Shown: one piece after another, positions 39,418 through 47,923 of the stretch
Position numbering within the stretch: the first letter of the stretch is position 1
Layout of the letters: each line of letters begins with the position of its first letter
Assembly: GCA_964613715.1 (NCBI GenBank)
Contig: CAZTJK010000002.1
Location: 40,355 to 104,354, forward strand
DNA: 64,000 bases
Source of the DNA: an uncultured Candidatus Saccharibacteria bacterium
GTDB lineage: Bacteria; Patescibacteriota; Minisyncoccia; Phycocordibacterales; GWA1-40-21
Reading direction: 5' to 3'
Notes under the pieces: generated by a model
Told to the model about the DNA's origin: nothing
The model's database searches: none
What the model saw: the letters and a program-made list of their open reading frames with translations, nothing else
Program-made: the position numbers and the translations under genes

Positions 39418-39453
39418 AGATAGTATTTTTCCGCGAATATCCCGCGCACACGT

Positions 39454-39888
39454 ATGCTTATCGGCGAATATATCCACACGCTCGACGAAAAGAAACGGGT
39501 ATCGCTGCCGGTCAAATTCCGCAAGGAAATCGGCAAGCGGATTGTCGTGACTACCGGTCTCGACAATTGCCTGTGGCTTTTTACGCTCGCGCAATGGAAG
39601 AAAATCTCCGATAAGCTTTCGAATTTCTCGATGCTTGCGGCCGATAACCGCAGTTTCAACCGATATATGTTCGGTTCAGCCACGGAAGTGGAAGTCGATA
39701 CGATTGGCCGCATCCTGGTGCCGGAATTCCTCGTCAAACGAGCCGGCCTCAAGAGTAAGGTCGCGGTTGTCGGCGTTCAGGATCGGGTGGAAATCTGGAA
39801 CGAAGAGGATTGGAATGGGTATAAGGCAGGCGTCGAGAAGCGGGCAGACCAGCTCGCTGAAAAGCTCGGGGCAGCAGGCGCCCTGTAA
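39454..39888 (+). CDS. mraZ: Transcriptional regulator MraZ
   Basis: 144 aa; duplicated MraZ/SpoVT-AbrB halves (LDEKKRVSLPVKFR and DTIGRILVPEFL), first gene of dcw cluster. Confidence 0.85.
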   Translation: MLIGEYIHTLDEKKRVSLPVKFRKEIGKRIVVTTGLDNCLWLFTLAQWKKISDKLSNFSMLAADNRSFNRYMFGSATEVEVDTIGRILVPEFLVKRAGLKSKVAVVGVQDRVEIWNEEDWNGYKAGVEKRADQLAEKLGAAGAL

Positions 39889-39892
39889 GGCT

Positions 39893-40786
39893 ATGAAGCA
39901 TACGAGCGTTCTTTTACATGAATCAATAGACAATCTGAATCTTGCACCGGGGAAAACGTATTTCGATGGTACGCTCGGTGCTGCAGGCCATGTGCAGGAA
40001 GTCGAAAAGCGTTTCGGCCCGACTGTCCGTATCATTGCCGTGGATCGGGATGCGGGAGCATTACGTCATGCAGAAGAGATATTCCGTGCAAAGGCAGGGA
40101 AGCATGATTTCATCCTTTCGGATTATCGTGCGATTGACAGAGTCCTTGCCCAGCTTGGCGTCGAGCATGTTGATGCCATCCTGATAGACCTCGGTTTGTC
40201 GTCTGATCAGCTTGAAAGCTCCGGCCGCGGATTCTCGTTCAAGCACCATGAGCCGCTCAAGATGACCTTTGCGGAAGATACGCAATCGCGGGTTACTGCT
40301 GAGACGATCGTCAACTTGTGGCGGGAAGAGACGATCGCGGACATCCTGTATGGGTATGCCGATGAACGTTATGCGCGCCGCATTGCTAAAGCGATCGTGT
40401 CTGCTCGAACTGAAAAGCCGATTCAGACAACGGATGATCTCGTTGCCATCGTCGAAGGCGCAGTGCCACTTGCGTATCGGAAAGGAAAAATCCATCCGGC
40501 GACAAAAACTTTCCAGGCGCTGCGCATCGCGGTAAATGATGAGATCGGCGCGCTGAAAGAAGGATTGGAAAAGGGATGGCAGGCGCTCGTGCCCGGTGGC
40601 CGCATGGGCATTATCTCTTTCCATAGTGTTGAAGACCGGGAAGTCAAGAATTTTTTTAAGGATAAATCAAAAGCGACAGAAGGCCGTTTGATACAGAAAA
40701 AGCCACTCGTGCCGACACAGATCGAGGTAACAGCAAATCCCCGCGCACGAAGCGCAAAATTGCGAGTGATAGAAAAAATACGATGA
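39893..40786 (+). CDS. rsmH: 16S rRNA (cytosine1402-N4)-methyltransferase RsmH
   Basis: MKHTSVLLHESIDNL...YFDGTLGAAGH...DLGLSSDQL...HSVEDREVKNFF: RsmH/MraW signatures; start ATG 39893 inside ORF 39635..40786. Confidence 0.9.
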   Translation: MKHTSVLLHESIDNLNLAPGKTYFDGTLGAAGHVQEVEKRFGPTVRIIAVDRDAGALRHAEEIFRAKAGKHDFILSDYRAIDRVLAQLGVEHVDAILIDLGLSSDQLESSGRGFSFKHHEPLKMTFAEDTQSRVTAETIVNLWREETIADILYGYADERYARRIAKAIVSARTEKPIQTTDDLVAIVEGAVPLAYRKGKIHPATKTFQALRIAVNDEIGALKEGLEKGWQALVPGGRMGIISFHSVEDREVKNFFKDKSKATEGRLIQKKPLVPTQIEVTANPRARSAKLRVIEKIR

Positions 40787-41112
40787 CACACTACATGAAA
40801 AACAGCATAGAATCATTCGAGCTCAGAGAGCAAAAGCTTTTCTGGGTTCTTTCCGGCATGCTGCTGTTCCTCATCATCGCCTATGGCGTGCTCGTCAATA
40901 AGACGATCGCAAACGCAGTATCGCTGCAGAATATGCAGAAGCGCATGACGGCGCTCAATGCCGCCGTGAATTCGCTCGAGTTCACCTATTTGAATATGGA
41001 AAATGGCATCACGCTCGACACTGCGCATGCCAAAGGCTTCGAAAATGTTACAGAAGACAACTTTGCACTGATCGATTCCGGCCGCTCCTCACTCTCGCTC
41101 AATGCACGCTAG
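40783..41112 (+). CDS. ftsL: Cell division protein FtsL-like (small bitopic protein)
   Basis: 109 aa, single TM, coiled-coil; ATGA overlap with rsmH stop and position between rsmH and ftsI. Confidence 0.55.
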   Translation: MTHYMKNSIESFELREQKLFWVLSGMLLFLIIAYGVLVNKTIANAVSLQNMQKRMTALNAAVNSLEFTYLNMENGITLDTAHAKGFENVTEDNFALIDSGRSSLSLNAR

Positions 41113-42844
41113 CGTCTTTCAGGGCAGGGTGCGGCTTCTCTTCGGACTGCTTGTCCTGGTCGCGCTTGTCATGATCATCCGCCTCTATTTCCTGCAGGTC
41201 GTCTACACGAATGTCTATGCCGAGCGAGCGGATCGCCAGTATACCAGCATGTCGGTTGACGCTTTCGATCGCGGAAGCATTTTTTTCGAGGATAGGGACG
41301 GGTCACTCGTATCGGCTGCCGGCATCAAGACCGGCTATGTAATAGCGCTCAATATGCGTTCGGTGGCTACCGATACTGAGCGCTATTTTAGCGAGCTTTC
41401 AAGCATTCTGCCTATTTCCGCGGCAGATTTCTATGCCATTGCAGCAAAGAAGGATGATCCATACGAAGTCATCGCCAAGCATGTCGATGATGCGGCCGTG
41501 GCAAAAGTAAGCGCCTTGTCGCTTCCCGGCGTCATCATTGAAAAAGAGAAGTGGCGCTATTATCCGGGCGACTCGCTCGCTGCTCGCATCATCGGCTTTG
41601 TCGGCTTCGATGATAGCGGCACAAGCTTGACTGGCAGATACGGATTGGAAAAATATTATAATACCGTGCTATCGCGCGATTCGAGCGCCCTGTCAGTAAA
41701 TATCTTTGCCCAGCTTTTTTCGGATATTCAGACGAATTTTATCGATGACAGCAAGAAGGAGGGGGATATCGTGACCTTGATCGATCCCCAAGTCGAAAGC
41801 TATGTCGAGCAAGTGGTCAAGCAGGCCAATGCTAAATGGAGCTCGAAACTGACCGGTGCGATCGTCATCGATCCGAAGACCGGAGCGCTTTATGCAATGG
41901 GCGTGATGCCGGCATTCAACCTCAATGATTTCAGCGGTGAGAAAGATGTCAGCATTTTCGGCGACCCGCTCGTCTCGAATGCATATGAAATGGGATCAAT
42001 CGTAAAGCCGCTGACCATGGCTGCGGGTCTGGATGCCGGCGTCGTACGTGCCGACACGACCTACCATGATACCGGGTTTGAGACGCTTGATGGCAAGACG
42101 ATACACAACTATGACAATAAGGCGCGCGGCACGGTCGACATGCAAACGGTACTGAACCAATCGCTCAATATCGGCGCAGCATTCGTGGCTGACCGGCTGG
42201 GCAAAAGCACAATGCTCCAGTATTTTAAAGGGTACGGCATCGGATCGGAGACGGGCATTGATCTGCCCGATGAGGCTGCGGGGAATATTTCCAATCTCCT
42301 GACGAATGAGACGAATGACAAGAAAATCGAATATGCGACCGCCTCGTTTGGCCAGGGCATTTCCATGACACCGATCATCACTGCGCGAGCGCTCTCGGTG
42401 CTTGCCAATGGCGGTAAACGCATCATTCCGCATGTCGCATCGGAAATAGACTACAAGACGGGCCTGACGAAGAAAGTCGACTATGTGGACGAGGCAGTGC
42501 AGGTGCTCCAGCCGAAGACATCGGAGGAAATCACCCGCATGCTCGTGAAGGTCGTAGACACCTCGCTTGCGAACGGGACAATGAAAATGCAGCATTACAG
42601 TATCGCGGCGAAAACCGGCACGGCGCAGATTGCCCGGCCGGCGAACCAAGGCGGTGGCTACTATCCGGACAGATACCTGCATTCATTTTTCGGCTATTTT
42701 CCGGCATATAATCCGCGCTTCCTGGTATTTCTCTATACCGTCGAGCCGCAAGGAGTCAACTATGCCTCGCAGACGCTCACCGAGCCGTTTTTCGACATAG
42801 CGAAATTCCTGATTAATTATTATGAGATAGCGCCGGACCGATAG
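41102..42844 (+). CDS. ftsI: Penicillin-binding protein FtsI-like (divisome transpeptidase)
   Basis: 580 aa; N-terminal TM, transpeptidase motifs GSIVKP (SxxK), SLN (SxN), KTGTAQ (KTG); dcw position after ftsL. Confidence 0.85.
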   Translation: MHASVFQGRVRLLFGLLVLVALVMIIRLYFLQVVYTNVYAERADRQYTSMSVDAFDRGSIFFEDRDGSLVSAAGIKTGYVIALNMRSVATDTERYFSELSSILPISAADFYAIAAKKDDPYEVIAKHVDDAAVAKVSALSLPGVIIEKEKWRYYPGDSLAARIIGFVGFDDSGTSLTGRYGLEKYYNTVLSRDSSALSVNIFAQLFSDIQTNFIDDSKKEGDIVTLIDPQVESYVEQVVKQANAKWSSKLTGAIVIDPKTGALYAMGVMPAFNLNDFSGEKDVSIFGDPLVSNAYEMGSIVKPLTMAAGLDAGVVRADTTYHDTGFETLDGKTIHNYDNKARGTVDMQTVLNQSLNIGAAFVADRLGKSTMLQYFKGYGIGSETGIDLPDEAAGNISNLLTNETNDKKIEYATASFGQGISMTPIITARALSVLANGGKRIIPHVASEIDYKTGLTKKVDYVDEAVQVLQPKTSEEITRMLVKVVDTSLANGTMKMQHYSIAAKTGTAQIARPANQGGGYYPDRYLHSFFGYFPAYNPRFLVFLYTVEPQGVNYASQTLTEPFFDIAKFLINYYEIAPDR

Positions 42845-42872
42845 GGAATTTCATGCTAGAGTATCCAATCAT

Positions 42873-44165
42873 ATGAAGGCCATATTCAAGAACATCGTCG
42901 TCGCAGCGCTCATCTGGGAATCGCAGATGATCCTTGCGAAATATAAGCCGAAAATAGTCGCAGTAACGGGCAGCGTGGGAAAGACATCGACGAAAGATGC
43001 GATCTTTACCGTCATGTCTCATTTTTTTCATGTCAGGAAGAGTGAAAAGAGCTTCAATAGCGATATCGGCATCCCGCTCACAATCATCGGCTGTGCCAAT
43101 GCCTGGTCTGATCCGGTGCTCTGGCTCAAGAATATCTTGCAGGGATTATTTCTCATCGTATTTCCGCATCATTATCCCGAGTGGCTCGTTCTTGAGGTGG
43201 GTGCTGACCGGCCCGGAGACATACAGAATATAACGCGCTGGCTGAAGCCAGATGTCGCTGTCGTCACTGCATTTGCCAAAGTGCCCGTCCATGTGGAGTT
43301 TTTTGCCGGCCGCGAAGCAGTCATTCGTGAAAAGCAGTACCTGGTAGAGGCGCTGAAGCATGACGGAATTCTCGTCGCCAATGGCGATGATGATGATGTG
43401 ATGCGCATGAAAGATGCCTCGAAAAACAAAGCAATTGTCTATGGCACCGATGCCGTAGCGGATCTTGTCGGTTCTGATAGCCAGATCCATTATGGACCAA
43501 ACAAAGAGATCGATGGCATGACCTTCAAGGTGCAATCAGAAAACAATATCGTGCCGATCGTCATCCGCGGCTCTCTCGGCATGCAGAATATGTATTCCGC
43601 GCTCGCTGCGCTTGCCGTAGGCCTCTCGCAGAAAGTGAATCTCGTCAAAGCGGCTGAAGCGTTTCTCGATCACGAAACGCCGCGCGGCCGCATGCGCATC
43701 ATTCCTGGCATCAAGGGCTCGACGGTCATCGATGATACCTATAATTCATCGCCGATCGCCGTTGCTTCAGCGCTTGCTACTCTGAAAAATATCAACACAA
43801 AAGGGACAAAGATCGCAGTGCTCGGCGACATGCTCGAGCTCGGCAAGCATTCCGTGGATGAGCATTATCGAGCAGGGAAGCAGGCCGCGGAAACAGCGGA
43901 TATTCTGATAGCAATCGGCATACGCGCGCGTAAAATTGCAGAAGGCGCGCTTGATGCCGGCATGCCCGACGGCAATATTTTTGAATATGACACTGCAGCA
44001 GAAGTGAAGACTGAGCTTGCCAACATGGTCAAAAAGCATGACATCATTCTCGTGAAAGGATCGCAGTCTATGCGCATGGAGCGCATTGTGGAAGCGCTCA
44101 TGGCCGCGCCAGAACAAGCGAAGGATCTTCTCGTGCGCCAGGATGAAGAGTGGAAAAAGAAATGA
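42873..44165 (+). CDS. murF: UDP-N-acetylmuramoyl-tripeptide--D-alanyl-D-alanine ligase
   Basis: 430 aa; Mur ligase P-loop VTGSVGKTSTK, central and C-terminal Mur ligase domains (IDDTYNSSP, GDMLELG). Confidence 0.8.
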   Translation: MKAIFKNIVVAALIWESQMILAKYKPKIVAVTGSVGKTSTKDAIFTVMSHFFHVRKSEKSFNSDIGIPLTIIGCANAWSDPVLWLKNILQGLFLIVFPHHYPEWLVLEVGADRPGDIQNITRWLKPDVAVVTAFAKVPVHVEFFAGREAVIREKQYLVEALKHDGILVANGDDDDVMRMKDASKNKAIVYGTDAVADLVGSDSQIHYGPNKEIDGMTFKVQSENNIVPIVIRGSLGMQNMYSALAALAVGLSQKVNLVKAAEAFLDHETPRGRMRIIPGIKGSTVIDDTYNSSPIAVASALATLKNINTKGTKIAVLGDMLELGKHSVDEHYRAGKQAAETADILIAIGIRARKIAEGALDAGMPDGNIFEYDTAAEVKTELANMVKKHDIILVKGSQSMRMERIVEALMAAPEQAKDLLVRQDEEWKKK

Positions 44166-44200
44166 TCAATTTTTTTGCTCAAGCGGACCTTCTTTTTTAT

Positions 44201-44228
44201 TTGACAATATAAGTAAATACTATATAAA
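44201..44228 (+). promoter_or_regulatory. Sigma-70-like promoter for the lipoprotein gene
   Basis: ttgaca - 16 nt - tataaa; followed by a structured leader of about 130 nt. Confidence 0.5.
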
Positions 44229-44266
44229 CCATAGCAGCTATCTGCTCTTTTAAAATCTACTTGCCT

Positions 44267-44327
44267 ACGGTCATAGCCAAGAGTTCTTCTACATTCTTTT
44301 GTATGGAGAATTGCTGGCTATGACCGT
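44267..44327 (+). promoter_or_regulatory. Large leader hairpin: 13-bp perfect inverted repeat (acggtcatagcca ... tggctatgaccgt) with 35-nt loop in the 5' UTR of the lipoprotein gene
   Basis: Arms at 44267-44279 and 44315-44327; preceded by a small hairpin + T-run at 44233-44252 and followed by RBS aaaaaggag at 44352. Confidence 0.4.
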
Positions 44328-44366
44328 TACCGGTCCTAGACTACTATTTGAAAAAGGAGCCTTACA

Positions 44367-44951
44367 ATGAAGCAAGGAAAGCCTGGCTTATGGATAGGCA
44401 GTATCGCATGCCTGCTGTTCGTATTCCTGTCTGGATGCGGACAGACAAAGATGGCAAGCATCCATAGGAAAATTTCAACTATGGAGGTTTGTCCAAGCAC
44501 CAACCAGCATTATGCCATCAACTTGCACAATGCTGGGATAGCATCTGGCACTGATCTCGTGGTAAGTGCGCCGAGCAATAGCGATCTCGGATTCCAATGG
44601 ATCTTCGACCAAGACTTGCCGATAAATCTTGGCCAAACGGTCAATACTGCGATTTACAGTGCAAAGGGGCAAATGGAGGGACCTTCGATGAATAATCCTT
44701 CCGTCCTTTTCATGAATTCAGGGAATCCGGGGACCTTTACCAAGGCTATCGTTACCCGGAACAGCCTTGATCAGGCAGGCAATTATCTGTGGGCTGTAAA
44801 GCTCGAAGCTAATTCCGGTGGTACAAATGTGTACTCCATTTCGTACAGTTCAGGAAATGGCTTCATCTATTTTCCGGAACATATCAGGAATTGCGAACCG
44901 TATTCGGAGGTGCACATCACCGGGGTTCTTAGTCGCTTCTTTATCCAGTAG
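44367..44951 (+). CDS. Putative lipoprotein (cargo gene 0 of islet)
   Basis: 194 aa; signal peptide with lipobox LSGC (Cys at position 24), strong RBS; no family recognised; G/S/N-rich mature domain. Confidence 0.6.
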   Translation: MKQGKPGLWIGSIACLLFVFLSGCGQTKMASIHRKISTMEVCPSTNQHYAINLHNAGIASGTDLVVSAPSNSDLGFQWIFDQDLPINLGQTVNTAIYSAKGQMEGPSMNNPSVLFMNSGNPGTFTKAIVTRNSLDQAGNYLWAVKLEANSGGTNVYSISYSSGNGFIYFPEHIRNCEPYSEVHITGVLSRFFIQ

Positions 44952-44985
44952 TGTTAACAGCTTACGCAAATGTGCTCAACATTGC

Positions 44986-45014
44986 ACCTCGTAGAAATAC
45001 GAGGTTTTTCTTTT
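44986..45014 (+). terminator. Rho-independent terminator after lipoprotein gene
   Basis: cctcgta-gaaa-tacgagg hairpin + TTTTTCTTTT. Confidence 0.75.
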
Positions 45015-45043
45015 GTGACCTCTGTTATCCAGAATTGGAACAC
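45015..45043. repeat. Repeat R1: tRNA-3'-end-like element (gtgacctctgttatccagaattggaacac)
   Basis: About 80% identical to R2 at 47103-47131; shares GTGACC with the tRNA-Glu acceptor end; contains conserved mini-hairpin tctg-ttatc-caga with compensatory changes relative to R2. Confidence 0.6.
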
Positions 45044-45186
45044 GATTTTTGAACATGTCAAAAACTTCTGGTCATTCCGACCCGATGAACAGGTAACCGA
45101 TACGGCATTCCTCGCCGCATGAATGAATTGTATGCAATACCGATTCATCCAAAAGAGGAAGAAAAATATCCATTTGGATAGGAAGA

Positions 45187-45429
45187 TCAGAACTGTCCTG
45201 TCCGCTTACTCCTGCTTTTCTTTCCGATTGATTTCATATGGTCCGGCAATGGCTCGGGGCTGGTATGGTCATACGCAATGCTCGGATTCTCAACCCCTTT
45301 ACTCTCCAGGAAGCACTGAAGGGCCAGCTGTGCTTGCTGGTAGAGGAGGTCACGGATCTCCCAGAGCTCGTCATCCGAGACATCCTTCAGTGCAGGATCG
45401 ACTTTTCTCAATTCTTCAAAGCTCAACAT
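45187..45429 (-). CDS. Hypothetical small protein A1 (divergent partner of XRE regulator, module 1)
   Basis: 80 aa; paralogous to 47217..47546(-) (MLSFEELRKVDPALKDVSDDELWEIRDLLYQQAQLALQCFLE vs MMTLKQLRELEPSLKDLPDHEVFRIRQLLYDHAMLALSCFLE). Confidence 0.55.
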   Translation of the reverse strand: MLSFEELRKVDPALKDVSDDELWEIRDLLYQQAQLALQCFLESKGVENPSIAYDHTSPEPLPDHMKSIGKKSRSKRTGQF

Positions 45430-45541
45430 GGTGTGTATTGGTTAGGTGGATAAAAGCACTCGTGTACGGTAGCACCTACAGGACGATTCAGGACCTATCC
45501 AAAAGGATGCTTTTCTCTAGCTTCTTCGTGCTACGTTCATT

Positions 45542-45760
45542 TTGTATCATCGCACTATGACTCTCAAAAACCATATTGGGCTCAATATCCGTCTCTATCG
45601 CCGGCTCAAAGGGCTGACGCAGGAGGAATTAGCCATCCAGGCAGGGATGCATGTGAATACAATCATTCAGCTTGAGGATCTAAGAAGGAAAGCGAATCCG
45701 AGGGTGGAGACGTTGGAGAGACTGGGGAGAGTGTTAAGGGTAAAGGTATGTTATATTTAA
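45542..45760 (+). CDS. XRE-family HTH transcriptional regulator (module 1)
   Basis: 72 aa; HTH LTQEELAIQAGMHVNTIIQLE; paralog of 47657..47896 including shared C-terminal ANPRVETLERLGRVL. Confidence 0.75.
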   Translation: MYHRTMTLKNHIGLNIRLYRRLKGLTQEELAIQAGMHVNTIIQLEDLRRKANPRVETLERLGRVLRVKVCYI

Positions 45761-45781
45761 GTTTTAAACTACAGTTATCAT

Positions 45782-46984
45782 ATGCTCGAAAAGTTGAAGA
45801 ATATTTCAAAGATCATATTCTTGGTTGCCACAGTCTTTTATATCTTCGGTTTTATAACCATTAGTTCTTTTTGGGGACGTTTTGGAATTATTACATTTGA
45901 TATCGTAAATGCCCGTTTTTTGATTGCGGGTTTTTTCTGCGTAGTTTCAATTATTGTTTGTCTTTTGTTAGCCTGGGTTGTTTATAAAAGAGCGCCATTT
46001 AAGGATTTTTTTAATACTGAAAAATGGCGTGACAGATTTTTAGGATTTTTTGGTATTTGGGGTCTTCTTTACAGTGCGGGAGCAGTACTAACTAGTCTTT
46101 TAAATCTTGGTAGCTATCAACCACCTGCAGTAGAGACTTCATTAAAATTTAGTAATGTGACCGGATTTGACTATATTGGTATTTTTATAAAAAACCACAT
46201 CAATCTTGGTAATGGTGGATATGACTACGTCATTAAGGTAACACTAGAAATGTTCAGTTATATTTTTTTAGTTTTTTTATTAATAACTGCCTGTGTAATT
46301 ATTCATGGTTGGTTTCCTAAGAAGGACAAAAAATCTCTGGTCAGTGTCGATCAAGCTAGTCCTGAAATAGTAACGGAAAAAGCTCAAGATATTTTGGTAA
46401 CAGATAAAAAACCGCTTAATAAATACCTCCTCTTGCTAATGGTTAATGTAGAAATACTTGCAATCTGCGGTTTTATTAGCCTCTATATATTTTGTATATC
46501 AAAAGTAGGTACTGCATTTATTGATTTTTCTACTATCCAAAATGAGCCAAAACTTACAGCAACACTCTATTTTTCCTGGTTGTATGTTCTAGTAATGACT
46601 ACTTATGTTTTTTTAAATATTTCTTTTAAAAATGATTCTTTTTCCAATTTCAATCTTTTTAAAAAGATTGAAAATATTACTAATTATGATGATTTAATCC
46701 GACAAATTATTATCCCCATATTCAGCGCTGCAGTTGTGTTTGGTTGGACAATTTATCCACGTATACCTTTTGCTTTCGGCGGAGGACAACCAAGGTTAAT
46801 TCAACTCCAGTTGACTACTCCTTTGAATGTTTCTTCAACTTCAAAAGTTTACCTTTTAGGGGAATCAAGCCAATTTGTTTTTGTCGCAATTGTTAATAAA
46901 ATCAATTCGGAAGCACTAGAAATAAATAAAAATCAAATTGAATATATACAAACAAAAACCTTATCTGTGACCAGCGCTAAATAA
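45782..46984 (+). CDS. Hypothetical polytopic membrane protein, strongly AT-rich (cargo gene 1)
   Basis: 400 aa, about 9-10 hydrophobic helices, F/I/L/N/K-rich; composition sharply different from host genes; 21 nt after the XRE gene, so probably co-transcribed. Confidence 0.6.
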   Translation: MLEKLKNISKIIFLVATVFYIFGFITISSFWGRFGIITFDIVNARFLIAGFFCVVSIIVCLLLAWVVYKRAPFKDFFNTEKWRDRFLGFFGIWGLLYSAGAVLTSLLNLGSYQPPAVETSLKFSNVTGFDYIGIFIKNHINLGNGGYDYVIKVTLEMFSYIFLVFLLITACVIIHGWFPKKDKKSLVSVDQASPEIVTEKAQDILVTDKKPLNKYLLLLMVNVEILAICGFISLYIFCISKVGTAFIDFSTIQNEPKLTATLYFSWLYVLVMTTYVFLNISFKNDSFSNFNLFKKIENITNYDDLIRQIIIPIFSAAVVFGWTIYPRIPFAFGGGQPRLIQLQLTTPLNVSSTSKVYLLGESSQFVFVAIVNKINSEALEINKNQIEYIQTKTLSVTSAK

Positions 46985-47131
46985 AAGTTAGGCCAGATCC
47001 ATTTCTTTTCTTGTTTCCAAATCCCGTTAGGGTAGCCACTAAACATATTTTGGGAACCAAAAAATAACGCCTTATTTCTTCAAAAATCTATATTTAAATG
47101 TGGTGACCTCCGTTATCCGGGATTGGAACAC
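46985..47131. repeat. Repeat copy A: about 145-bp element starting at the cargo-1 stop codon and ending in tRNA-3'-like R2 (tggtgacctccgttatccgggattggaacac)
   Basis: Roughly 75-80% identical (by eye) over about 100 bp to the segment 48626-48730 that forms the 3' trailer plus 3' end of tRNA-Glu. Confidence 0.6.
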
Positions 47132-47216
47132 CATTATTCTGTACCTCAAGAATTTCAAGGAGGTAATGGGGCAAGAAGTGGTCGACGGAATGGATAGTAA
47201 TATTTTATTACCTGCA

Positions 47217-47546
47217 TTATGACGTAGCTTCTTCCTGTTTCCGTTTCTTTTCCTTCAAGGTCTTTTCATCAAGCAGATATTCTTCAATAGCTCCTGACAG
47301 CTTGTTCGCAAACCGATTCTGCATATACATCTCTTCATTCCCGGTATGTGAATCTCTATCTGGCCATTCGGTCAGATACGGCAGGGTAGTAGGTAGCTCA
47401 ATGGATTTACCCGTTTTCGTCTCCAAGAAGCAGGATAGGGCAAGCATGGCATGGTCATAGAGAAGCTGTCGAATACGAAAGACTTCATGATCAGGAAGGT
47501 CTTTCAAACTAGGTTCAAGTTCGCGTAATTGTTTCAAGGTCATCAT
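47217..47546 (-). CDS. Hypothetical small protein A2 (divergent partner of XRE regulator, module 2)
   Basis: About 109 aa from the internal Met pair (MMTLKQLRE...), which aligns with the module-1 paralog start; ORF track extends to 47609. Confidence 0.55.
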   Translation of the reverse strand: MMTLKQLRELEPSLKDLPDHEVFRIRQLLYDHAMLALSCFLETKTGKSIELPTTLPYLTEWPDRDSHTGNEEMYMQNRFANKLSGAIEEYLLDEKTLKEKKRKQEEATS

Positions 47547-47656
47547 AGGTGTGGATAATTTAATAGCTTGTAATAGGGGAACTCTGCGGATATTTTCCGA
47601 GAACGGCACATTAGACCGTCTTACCTACAGAGCAGGGGGAACGTATAGTAAAAAAC

Positions 47657-47896
47657 ATGTATACAAATAATATTGGATTTAATCTCCGTATTCATCGGAG
47701 AGCAAAGGGACTCACCCAGGATCAGCTAGCCCAACAGTCAGGAGTGCACTACAACACTATCGTGCAGCTGGAGAATCTTACCCGGAAGGCGAATCCGAGG
47801 GTGGAGACGTTGGAGAGGTTGGGGAAGGTTCTTGGAGTAGAAATTGAAAAATTATTACAACAAAAGGTACAAGGGTTAGAAATTTTACAAAATTAA
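47657..47896 (+). CDS. XRE-family HTH transcriptional regulator (module 2)
   Basis: 79 aa; HTH LTQDQLAQQSGVHYNTIVQLE; paralog of 45542..45760. Confidence 0.75.
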   Translation: MYTNNIGFNLRIHRRAKGLTQDQLAQQSGVHYNTIVQLENLTRKANPRVETLERLGKVLGVEIEKLLQQKVQGLEILQN

Positions 47897-47923
47897 TATT
47901 TCGATTTAGAATTAGTTAAATTT

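Noticed and set aside
45123-45560. ORF 45123..45560(+) in the islet
   Set aside because: It overlaps the minus-strand small gene A1, which has a conserved paralog in module 2, and the divergent promoter region. It has no paralog in module 2, unlike every real element of the module.
45015-47131. R1 and R2 as additional tRNA genes
   Set aside because: Neither can be folded into a cloverleaf by hand. Only the last roughly 9-30 nt resemble a tRNA 3' end. They are better explained as att-like partial tRNA repeats.
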